NCBI GenBank assembly: GCA_002269645.1
Contig: NIVC01001216.1
Span: forward strand, 270,340 to 334,339
Source of the DNA: Macrostomum lignano
Taxonomy: Eukaryota
Direction: 5' to 3'
Length of the DNA stretch: 64,000 nt
In this document: piece by piece, positions 38,001 through 50,000 of the stretch
Numbering within the stretch: the stretch's first letter is position 1
Layout: every line of letters begins with the position of its first letter
Position numbers and translations under genes: made by a program
Notes under the pieces: generated by a model
The model's input: the letters and a program-made list of their open reading frames with translations, nothing else
The model's database searches: none
What the model was told of the DNA's origin: nothing

Positions 38001-41000
38001 CATTAAATCACGCAGTGGAATTGGAAAGAAAATCAATGCTACTAATCTACCTCCCAAACATACCCCCCACCTTGGCATAACAATGACAAAAAAACTATTC
38101 GAGGGATGAAACAATGAAAACGAATACGGTATTGGGAAAATATTCGAAAACGATGCGTGATGCAAAATCAAACTCAAAAAGCAAAAAAAACAACGTTGCA
38201 TGAAAAATAATGGCGACATTGTGACGGGTAGAAAATTAGATGACAATAAGTACGCAGATCATGGATGACAATCGAAAATTTTGCAAAAGTGCGTCAGCTA
38301 TCAAGACAGATTTCCAAATTAAATACGAAAGCAAATTACCACCACCAGCCACCGCAACTGAAGCAAAAAATGAAACAAAAATTGTAAGCATTGGGCTATC
38401 AAAAGGTCGTTACTAGTGCAAAAACTATGGAACGTCTAAGCGCAGAAAATCAAGCAATATTAAGTAGAGCTCAAAGAATGCAAACATCGCTCGTAAAAAA
38501 CTCAAAAAACACAAAAGATAAACTTGCCGACAAATTCACTAAACCGTAACGACTGCTCTTCAGCAAAATCCACGCAAGAAAATAAATAGCTAAATAATGA
38601 ATGTTAATCGCGTTGAACACTGAAAACGAAAATTGGGTTAAGACGGCAAAAACAGGGTGATTCCTATTAGCATGAAAGGGAAAGAAGACTTTACGAACAA
38701 TGCAACAAGCAGGAAAATTGAACAACTCATCAGAAAAATTGCAAAAACCAGACAAAGACTAATTTTCTAACAAAAGTTTGCAAACTAACCTGACGATATT
38801 GGACACAACTTTGATATTGGTCTCGTCATTGTGCGATCACCGACTCTGATTGAGGCGACTCTCACGTGACCGTCAGGACCGCGCATGACGTCCAGCACGC
38901 GAGCCAGCGGCCAGTGACCCCGAGGCGAGTCCGGGCTCACCAGCAGCGCCACGTCTCCAGGTTGTAGGTCAGGCAGCTCGCGGCGCCAATTGCTCCGCGG
39001 TGCGAGTCCCGGCAGCCACTCGTGCCACCACCGGCGCCAGATCTGCGACACCAGCTGCTGAACGTGACGCCATCTTCTTGAAGGACTGCGGGCGATGGCA
39101 GCGTCGACCTTCGGTGCAAACTTCCCGCCGACTTGCCCGATGAGGAAGTGATTCGGCGTCAGCGGCACATCATCAGCCGGATGCGCTGTCTGGTACGTCA
39201 GCGGCCTTGAATTAAGAAGTGCCTCCACTCCAGCAAACGCGCTTAGCAGCTCCTCATCGGTGACGTCCGTCTCCCTCAGAATTGACCAGATTGACTGCCA
39301 AAGCTCCTGCATCAGAATCTTCGCCTGCACGACAAACGGGGAGATCAATCCAAGTGGATCAAAGACACTCGCTAGCTTTGTCAGCAAACTCCTTCTTGTG
39401 GTCACCTGATACGACTCGTTTTCGTCTTTAAAAGTAAATTCGCCCTGCTCACTCTGCCCCGTGATACCCAGTGTCTTGGTGCTTGGTAGTTCTTTGCTGT
39501 CCAAATTAACTTCTGCTGCACGGTCTTCAGGTGGGATTCTATCGAGCACAGCTCTCGAGTTCGAGACCCACTTGCACGCGTGCATGCCTGCGCGCCTCCA
39601 GAGCTCACTGAGTTGATCGTACAGCCTGCAGGCGGCTGCCTCGGTGGGCGCAGAGTCCAGGCTGTCATCCATATAGGTAGAGTGCAGTACTGTCTTGGCC
39701 GCCTCTGGAAGCTCACCTTTTAACTTTTCAGCATGGCAGCGGGTAACGAACTGTGCCAAGAAAGGAGAGCTGGTGACGCCGAACACCACTCTGTTGAACT
39801 CGTAGACATCCGGTTGCTTTGAAGGATCGGCGTCCCGCCAAAGGAAACTGTGCAGCGGCCTGTCCTTCGGATCCATCTCGATCTGGAGATACATTTCCGC
39901 TACGTCGCATGCGATCGCAATCGGGTGTCGGCGGAACCGAAGCAGCACGTCAACCAAATGGCAGCTTGGTAGTCGCGCTCCGTCTCCTCCATTTCGTCTA
40001 GTAGGCGCTGTCGCCTCTCGTTGTCCTTGGCGTCGGCGTAGCCTTCATGCAGTTCTTCCTGAATGGCGCTGACCAGGTCCTGCAGGTCTGACAGAGCGTC
40101 ACAGGCAACTTGCACTTCGTCATCAGAGGCGTGCGTCTTTAACAGCCAAGACAGCTTGTTTTTGCAACGAGTGAACGCTGCTTTTTTTCGGGATTTCTCG
40201 AAGCGCAGCTTCTCTAAACGTAGGGCGCCGGCATCGTCTTGGGCTTCCTGCTGCTGCTGCTCATTGGCGTCGTCACTGTCCATCCTGGTCCTTCGTTTCA
40301 CAGTAGGGTTCTATTGCTTGCCACGTCAGTGGTAAGTTAGGCTTGTCCAACCACGCTCTGCTACCAAAATGTACTGTAGAAATGAAAAGACCGATGGTCC
40401 GCCAAAAACTATTTGGAGCTGAGGCTCAAGCGAGACGATATCAAAACGTAAACCGTAAGCCGTACACAGGGCTAATAAGCCCTCTCGATGATATATATAT
40501 TTATTGCAGTCAGTCAGAATCAGCCAGCGTGGAGGGGGTGGGTGCAGAGATGGGCCTGGGCTAAATCAGCGTACATAGAAAATTGAATAATAAACACGTA
40601 CGTACATTAAATCACGCAGTGGAATTGGAAAGAAAATCAATGCTACTAATCTACCTCCCAAACAAAGGGGGAGGGAGAGAGAGGGAGAGGGAGAGGGGGA
40701 GTGGGGGGAGGTAGAGAGGGGAGTGGGGGGAGGGAGAGAGGGAGAGTGGGGAAAGGAGAGGGAGAGTGGGGGGAGGGAGAGAGGGAGAGTGGGGGAAAGG
40801 AGAGTGGGGGGAAGGAAAGTGGGAGAGTGTGGGGGGTAGAGAAGGAGTGAGAGGGAGTGAGAGAGATAGTGAGGGGGAGGGAGAAGGAGAGTGATGGTTA
40901 AGGAGAGAGGGAGGGGGCAGAGATGGGGAGAGAGATATTCCATTCCCTTCAAAGTCCAGGGCAGTCTGTATCGCATCGCTGCCATCAATGCATCATCATA

Positions 41001-44000
41001 TTCGATGCTGTTTACTAGGAGGTCAAATTTTCGTCCTGTCAACATCTGCAGGCGAAAGCAAAAAACACGCAATTAATGGCAATTTTGGCTGGGTCGAAAA
41101 CGACCGGCTGACGGTTTCTGCGTTCCCTGTCCTCGTCTCAGCTTCCTTTTCACTCCTTAATTTTCCAAACAGAGCTATATAATTACAGCAAGTCTGCGTC
41201 TCACTTTCCTGTGAAGTCCGACATGCTCAAACGACTTCATTCTGACATTAATTGAGTAGCTATATTGTCAGAAGCTGCTGCTCAACACGCTAACTAATGT
41301 CATTGGTTACCCTTCAGACGACGTTTCTAATTCTCATTCAGATGGAACTAAATCCCATTCAGATGGAACTAAATCCCATTCAGATGGAACTAAATCCCAT
41401 TCAGATGGAACTAAATCCCATTCAGATGGAACTAAATCCCATTTAGATGGAACTAAATCCCATTCAGATGGAACTAAATCCCATTCAGATGGAACTAAAT
41501 CCCATTCAGATGGAACTAAATCCCATTTAGATGGAACTAAATCCCATTCAGATGGAACTAAATCCCATTCAGATGGAACTAAATCCCATTCAGACGGAAC
41601 TAAACTCCTTCAGACGGAACTAAACTCCTTCAGACAGAACTAAAATCGTTTAGATGGAACTAAACTCCTATTAAGACTGTGGCAAATCCCATTCAGACGG
41701 TATTAAAACCTTACTTAATCCTTCGATGCTATATCAGTCATTTTTGTGTCCCGTTCTCCCCTTGCAGCAGCGGAGGCGGCCTCCCCGGTGCCCATGAAAC
41801 CGCAGTTGGCTCGTTCGGCTGGCAAAAAGCCGAAACGAGCGACCGCCGGGCCGTCGAACCCGCCATCCGACTCCGGAGTGGGTGCTGCGGCCGCAAACTA
41901 CTCCACAACCAGTACTACCGCTCCGTCCTCTACTAGGGGCAGCCAAATTGATGCAGCAGAGGAGCACCCACCGCCAGAAGAGGTGAGCAAACTAACTAGT
42001 TTGCCCAGTCTAATGCCTTTTAGTGTATTGGGAATAGAATGGATTGCTAATCTATTCTCTTTGCAGTGTATTGAGAATAGAATGGATTGCTAATCTATTC
42101 TCTTTTGAGTGTATTGGGAAAAGAATGGATTGCTAATCTATTCTCTTTGCAGTGTATTGGGAATAGAATGGATTGCTAATCTATTCTCTTTTCAGTGTAT
42201 TGGGAATAGAATGGATTGCTAATCTATTCTCTTTGCATTTTATTGGAAATAGAATGGATTGCTAACCTATTCTCTTTGCAGTGTATTGAGAATAGAATGG
42301 ATTGCTAATCTATTCTCTTTGCAGTGTATTGAGAATAGAATGGATTGCTAATCTATTCTCTTTGCAGTTTATTGGGAATAGAATGGATTGCTAATCTATT
42401 CTCTTTGCAGTGTATTGGGAATAGAATGGATTGCTAATCTATTCTCTTTGCATTTTATTGGGAATAGAATGGATTGCTAATCTATTCTCTTTGCAGTCTA
42501 TTGAGAATAGAATGGATTGCTAATCTATTCTCTTTGCAGTGTATTGAGAATAGAATGGATTGCTAATCCATTCTCTTTGCAGTGTATTGAGAATAGAATG
42601 GATTGCTAATCTATTCTCTTTGCAGTCTATTAAGAATAGAATGGATTGCTAATCTATTCTCTTTGCAGTCTATTAAGAATAGAATGGATTGCTAATCTAT
42701 TCTCTTTGCATTGTATTGGGAATAGAATGGATTGCTAATCTATTCTCTTTGCAGTCTATTAAGAATAGAATGGATTGCTAATCTATTCTCTTTTCAGTGT
42801 ATTGGAAATAGAATGGATTGCTAATCTATTCTCTTTTCAGTGTATTGGAAATAGAATGGATTGCTAATCTATTCTCTTTGCAGTGTATTGGGAATAGAAT
42901 GGATTGCTAATCTATTCTCTTTTGAGTGTATTGGGAATAGAATGGATTGCTAATCTATTCTCTTTGCAGTGTATTGGGAATAGAATGGATTGCTAATCTA
43001 TTCTCTTTTGAGTGTATTGGGAATAGAATGGATTGCTAATCTATTCTCTTTTGAGTGTATTGGGAATAGAATGGATTGCTAATCTATTCTCTTTTGAGTG
43101 TATTGGGAATAGAATGGATTGCTAATCTATTCTCTTTTGAGTGTATTGGGAATAGAATGGATTGCTAATCTATTCTCTTTGCAGTGTATTGGGAATAGAA
43201 TGGATTGCTAATCTATTCTCTTTTGAGTGTATTGGGAATAGAATGGATTGCTAATCTATTCTCTTTGCAGTGTATTGGGAATAGAATGGATTGCTAATCT
43301 ATTCTCTTTTGAGTGTATTGGGAATAGAATGGATTGCTAATCTATTCTCTTTTGAGTGTATTGGGAATAGAATGGATTGCTAATCTATTCTCTTTGCAGT
43401 TTATTGGGAATAGAATGGATTGCTAATCTATTCTCTTAGCAGTTTATTGAGAATAGAATGGATTGCTAATCTATTCTCTTTGCAGTTTATTGAGAATAGA
43501 ATGGATTGCTAATCTATTCTCTTAGCAGTTTATTGAGAATAGAATGGATTGCTAATCTATTCTCTTTGCAATTTATTGAGAATAGAATGGATTGCTAATC
43601 TATTCTCTTTGCAGTGTATTGGGAATAGAATGGATTGCTAATCTATTCTCTTTGCAGTGTATTGAGAATAGAATGGATTGCTAATCTATTCTCTTTTGAG
43701 TGTATTGGGAATAGAATGGATTGCTAATCTATTCTCTTTGCAGTGTATTGAGAATAGAATGGATTGCTAATCTAGATGAAGCAATGGAATGCTGCATTAC
43801 TAATCTAGCGAATAATGTTTTAATTTTACATAATTTTCACTAACCTACTGTAATGTCAAAATAATGCACTTTTATTAAGGAGGATGCAAAGCTAACAAGC
43901 GGTCTCTATGATAATCTTGCAGCAGTTGCATCACTGCATCATTGGAACTGGTTGCTATCTCCATAGCAACCGCTCGTGCAGTCGTGTGTTCCAGTTGAAC

Positions 44001-47000
44001 CCTAAAAATGAATCCCAGGTCTGGCCTAATGCCAATGGCAATTAACTATCCCAAAATTGGTTTTATACAGATTCATATTTTCATAAATTTATTGCATGTT
44101 AAATTGTGAACGTTGTCTGGCTGACGCACCAGTGACTGCTGCTGCAGCCTGAATGCCGGAGAGGCAGTATGGGAAATGCTTTAAACACCACCCTACCACT
44201 AAATACCCCACTCCAGTTACCACACTCCAAACACCACACTCCAGTTACCACACTCCAAACACCACACTCCAGTTACCACACTCCAAACACCACACTCCAG
44301 TTACCACACTCCAAACACCACACTCCAGTTACCACACTCCAAACACCACACTCCAGTTACCACACTTTAAACACTACACTCCAGTTACCACACTCCAAAC
44401 ACCACACTCCAGTTACCACACTCCAAACACAACACTCCAGTTACCACACTCCAGTTACCACACTCCAAACACAACACTCCAGTTACCACACTCCAGTTAC
44501 CACACTCCAGTTACAACACTCCAGTTACAACACTCCAGTTACAACACTCCAGTTACAACACTCCAGTTACCACACTCCAGTTACCACACTCCAGTTACCA
44601 CACTCCAGTTACAACACTCCAGTTACAACACTCCAGTTACAACACTCCAGTTACCACACTCCAGTTACAACACTCCAGTTGCCACACTTCAGTTACAACA
44701 CTCCAGTTACAACACTCCAGTTACCACACTCCAGTTACAACACTCCAGTTACAACACTCCAGTTACAACACTCCAGTTACAACACTCCAGTTACAACACT
44801 CCAGTTACAACACTCCAGTTACCACACTCCAGTTACAACACTCCAGTTACCACACTCCAGTTACCACACTCCAGTTACCACACTCCAGTTACAACACTCC
44901 AGTTACAACACTCCAGTTACAACACTCCAGTTACCACACTCCAGTTACCACACTCCAGTTACCACACTCCAGTTACAACACTCCAGTTACCACACTCCAG
45001 TTACCACACTCCAGTTACAACACTCCAGTTGCCACACTTCAGTTACAACACTCCAGTTACAACACTCCAGTTACCACACTCCAAACACAACACTCCAGTT
45101 ACCACACTCCAGTTACAACACTCCAGTTACCACACTCCAGTTACAACACTCCAGTTACCACACTCCAGTTACCACACTCCAGTTACCACACTCCAGTTAC
45201 AACACTCCAGTTACAACACTCCAGTTACCACACTCCAGTTACCACACTCCAGTTACCACACTCCAGTTACAACACTCCAGTTACCACACTCCAGTTACCA
45301 CTTTCCAGTTACAACACTCCAGTTACAACACTCCAGTTACCACACTCCAGTTACCACACTCCAGTTACCACACTCCAGTTACAACACTCCAGTTACCACA
45401 CTCCAGTTACCACACTCCAGTTACAACACTCCAGTTGCCACACTTCAGTTACAACACTCCAGTTACAACACTCCAGTTACCACACTCCAAACACAACACT
45501 CCAGTTACCACACTCCAGTTACAACACTCCAGTTACCACACTCCAGTTACAACACTCCAGTTACCACACTCCAGTTACCACACTCCAGTTACCACACTCC
45601 AGTTACAACACTCCAGTTACAACACTCCAGTTACCACACTCCAGTTACCACTTTCCAGTTACAACACTCCAGTTACAACACTCCAGTTACAACACTCCAG
45701 TTACAACACTCCAGTTACAACACTCCAGTTACCACACTCCAGTTACAACACTCCAGTTACCACACTCCAGTTACAACACTCCAGTTACAACACTCCAGTT
45801 ACAACACTCCAGTTACCACACTCCAGTTACCACACTCCAGTTACCACACTCCAGTTACAACACTCCAGTTACCACACTCCAGTTACCACACTCCAGTTAC
45901 AACACTCCAGTTGCCACACTTCAGTTACAACACTCCAGTTACCACACTCCAGTTACCACACTCCAGTTACCACACTCCAGTTACAACACTCCAGTTACAA
46001 CACTCCAGTTACCACACTCCAGTTACAACACTCCAGTTGCCACACTTCAGTTACAACACTCCAGTTACAACACTCCAGTTACCACACTCCAGTTACCACA
46101 CTCCAGTTACAACACTCCAGTTACCACACTCCAGTTACCACTTTCCAGTTACAACACTCCAGTTACAACACTCCAGTTACCACACTCCAGTTACCACACT
46201 CCAGTTACCACACTCCAGTTACAACACTCCAGTTACCACACTCCAGTTACCACACTCCAGTTACAACACTCCAGTTGCCACACTTCAGTTACAACACTCC
46301 AGTTACAACACTCCAGTTACCACACTCCAAACACAACACTCCAGTTACCACACTCCAGTTACAACACTCCAGTTACCACACTCCAGTTACAACACTCCAG
46401 TTACCACACTCCAGTTACAACACTCCAGTTACAACACTCCAGTTACCACACTCCAGTTACCACTTTCCAGTTACAACACTCCAGTTACAACACTCCAGTT
46501 ACAACACTCCAGTTACAACACTCCAGTTACAACACTCCAGTTACCACACTCCAGTTACAACACTCCAGTTACCACTTTCCAGTTACAACACTCCAGTTAC
46601 CACACTCCAGTTACCACTTTCCAGTTACAACACTCCAGTTACAACACTCCAGTTACAACACTCCAGTTACCACACTCCAGTTACCACACTCCAGTTACCA
46701 CACTCCAGTTACCACACTCCATATCCCACATCTCCGCAGTACCAAATGTTGAGTAATTGCCTGGTAACAACTTTTCATTTCGTTCCAAAATTTGCTGTAT
46801 CATTCAACTATTGGATTTTCCACTTGACTCTATTCCACAAAATTACACAAATTATTGACAGAATTCTGCGCCTCTGTCACGTGCAGAATTTTCGAAATGT
46901 TGACGTTGTGTTGCCATAGTAACTGTCGAATATTTTCAGTATTTTTTCGTTTTGCATGTTGCTAATGTTGCAGTTCTTTTTGACGAGAATGAAAGAAAGA

Positions 47001-50000
47001 AAACTTATAATTTCATTTATATGCAAGTCTGGGACAGACAGTAAAACTGTCGCATGTTTTCATAAATAGACTTTTTGTTGTCTAAGCAGGTTCCGGAACC
47101 TGGTTTACCTTAGTCTGCAATTTAGAACCCATGGTCCTGTCTTACACTGCACTCTCAGATTAACGGCTCGCTCCACTACATTCGGCACTCTGCATCGAGG
47201 AAGAAGGCTTTGAAAGTTTTCGAAAATGCCGAATCCAATCACGGAGCCGCAGGTGGAAAAAGGTGAGAAAATTTCCCTAGCAACTATTGTTATCCCTAGC
47301 AACGATTGTTATCCCTAGCAACGATTGTTATCCCTAGCAACGTTTGTTATCCCTAGCAACGATTGTTATCCCTAGCAACGTTTGTTATCCCTAGCAACGA
47401 TTGTTATCCCTAGCAACGTTTGTTATCCCTAGCAATGATTGTTATCCCTAGCAACGATTGTTATTCCTAGCAACGATTGTTATCCCTAGCAACGATTGTT
47501 ATCCCTAGCAACGATTGTTATCCCTAGCAACGATTGTTATCCCTAGCAACGATTGTTATCCCTAGCAACGATTTTTATCCCTAGCAATGATTGTTATCCC
47601 TAGCAACGATTGTTATTCCTAGCAACAACAGGATTCCTATCGTTTTATTTCGCCAGCTCCGGTGGCAGCGGCACATCACCTCAGGCGCAGGACCTTCCAC
47701 CGGAGGCCACCGGAGGCGGGCCCCAGAGCCGCTACAATCCTCATCAAGGCGCCACCTTCCGGCCCAACCCGTCCTACCACAGCGAAGTTGTCGGTCGCGC
47801 CTACGGCGACGACCAGGCCAGCAGCAGCGGCTTCGGCGACTTTGGCGACGGTGGCGGCAGCGGCAGCGGCGGGACGCCACCTGCCTCGGTGGTTCGCGGG
47901 CGTCAGCAGCAGCGGAAGAATCTGCGAGGTTCGTAGCAACGAGATTTCCCTATCTAGCACACTGGGATTTCCCTATCTAACACACTAGGATATCCCTATC
48001 TAACACACTGGGATTTCCCTATCTAACACACTGGGATTTCCCTATCTAACACACTGGGATTTCCCTATCTAACAAACTGGGATTTCCCTATTTAACACAC
48101 TGGGATTTCCCTATCTAACACACTGGGATTTACCTATCTAACACACTGGGATTTCCCTATCTAACACACTGGGATTTCCCTATCTAACACCTGGGATTTC
48201 CCTATCTAACACACTGGGATTTCCCTATCCAGCACACTGGGATTTCCCTATCTAACACACTGGGATTTCCCTATCTAACACACTGGGATTTCCCTATCTA
48301 ACACACTGGGATTTCCCTATCTAACACCTGGGATTTCCCTATCTAACACACTGGGATATCCCTATCTAACACCTGGGATTTCCCTATCTAACACACTGGG
48401 ATTTCCCTATCTAACACACTGGGATTTCCCTATCTAACACACTGGTATTTCCCTATCTAACACACTGGGATTTCCCTATTTAACACACTGGGATTTCCCT
48501 ATCTAACACACTGGGATTTCCCTATCCAGCACACTGGGATTTCCCTATCTAACACCTTCGCAGGTACGTACTCGAGCTCGCCAATACAAGCGGCATCAGC
48601 CTTGGATTCCGACAACGCAGATTCGGGCCTGCAGCGAGGCGGCAGGGAGCCCGAGTTTAACATTGTTGGCAGAGGTAGGCAGGGCACAGGCGTGTCTGTT
48701 TAATTCAATTTTCTTAAAACAGTTTTATCCTGAAAAAACACCCGATAATTTTTCACCGAATTCTCATGTGTACTAACCAATTAACAGACGGAATCGATGA
48801 GGCTGCAGGTAAAATGCTTATCAAAGTCGAACTGTTTAAATATCAACGGAATATCAACTGATTTAAGCTTGTAGTATTGCAATAAATTTGATTTGACCAA
48901 ATTTCACCCCGGCCCTAAATGGCGCAACGTCTTCGGCGACGTCCTTATTTAAAAGTACAATTTTACGATAGTACTTGAACTGTAAGCTGGATTGACCCAG
49001 TTTGCGTAAATTATCAAATATTCTTCTTCAATTGTCAAACACCACATCCCACAGTCCACATCCCACAGTCCATATCCCACAGTCCACATCCCACACTCCG
49101 CACTCCGCAGGTGTATTCGAGGTGCAACCAGCTGCCGTGAGTCCTTTACCTCGCGCTGAGGTGCTCACCAGCAGCGGCGGCTTCGGCAGCGGCAGCGGTG
49201 GAAACTTCAGCTCGGCACCCTCGACAGTCGCGACTGACTCTTCAGCGCTCAGCGGCGGAGTTCAGGGCACCGCCTATCGGCCAAATTTGATTGGCAACGG
49301 AGGCCCCGATGATGAGGAGGATTCTGCGCCCAGCGATAGAGAAAGGCAGCAGCAGCAGCAGCTGCAGCGGACCCTCAGCAACACCCTGCGGGAGAGCGTG
49401 GCCTTGCGGCAGCGGCAGCGGGCGGCGGCCGAGAGGAGCGCCAGCAAAGCTGAGACAGAAGATGAGAGGCTCATTCGCGAGCTGCGAGAGGTGAGCTGCC
49501 TTCAGGATCTTCAGCAGTCCCCGAAAGCATCTTCAGGAATCGGCCTCTAAATGCCTTCAGGAATCGGCCTCTAAATGCCTTCAGGAATCGGCCTCTAATC
49601 TCCTTCAGGAATCGGCCTCTAATCTCCTTCAGGAATCGGCCTCTAATCTCTTTCGGAAATCAGCCCCTAATCTTTTTCAGGAATCAGCCTTATGATTGGT
49701 TTTTTCATAAAACTTAAACCAGCTACTTTTAGTAAGCTAGAGTGAATATTTTATTTCAAAAAACAAAATTTCGCGCCTGTCCTCAGGGTTCAGCGAATGC
49801 TGACACAGCTCAGTTGTCGCACAGACAGCAACAGGAGCAGACTGTGTCAGACTCTGATAGCAATCTTGCTAAAGAGTTGCGCGAAGTAAGACACTCATTG
49901 ATCGATATCAGCGAAATTATTTCTTGTATACGGAATTGCTTTTTTATAAATTAACAGTTGTTAGTGCTAACTTTTGGTCCGACTGATTGCTGTTGACATG

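Larger units (their letters stand above)
37766..40664 (-). mobile_element. Internally deleted BEL/Pao LTR retrotransposon (2899 bp), antisense in a TOGARAM1 intron
   Basis: 295-bp direct repeats at 37766-38060 and 40370-40664 with TGT...ACA ends, 5-bp TSD AAGGG (37761-65 and 40665-69), PBS at 40349-40366, purine tract next to the 3' LTR. Pao-type protein motifs on the minus strand. Confidence 0.95.

Noticed and set aside
41052-41113. Extra TOGARAM1 exon (GESKKHAINGNFGWVENDRLT)
   Set aside because: It enters in phase 1 but the available donors exit in phase 0, breaking the frame into exon 41768; 37675 splices to 41768 in phase without it.
42022-43775. CRISPR-like appearance of palindromic 43-bp repeats (also other arrays)
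   Set aside because: Units are head-to-tail with no unique spacers, there are no cas genes, and the context is a eukaryotic intron.
44083-44100. AATTTATTGCATG, resembling the end of a flatworm spliced leader as I recall it
   Set aside because: Only about 13 AT-rich bases; no GT donor or Sm site follows.
44153-46919. 867-aa and 916-aa T/P/H-rich ORFs resembling mucins
   Set aside because: Stop-free readings of a 14-bp array inside a TOGARAM1 intron; several frames are open and there is no unique coding sequence.
47090-47113. Alternative acceptor tctaagcag| before exon 47159
   Set aside because: In-frame TAG after seven codons.
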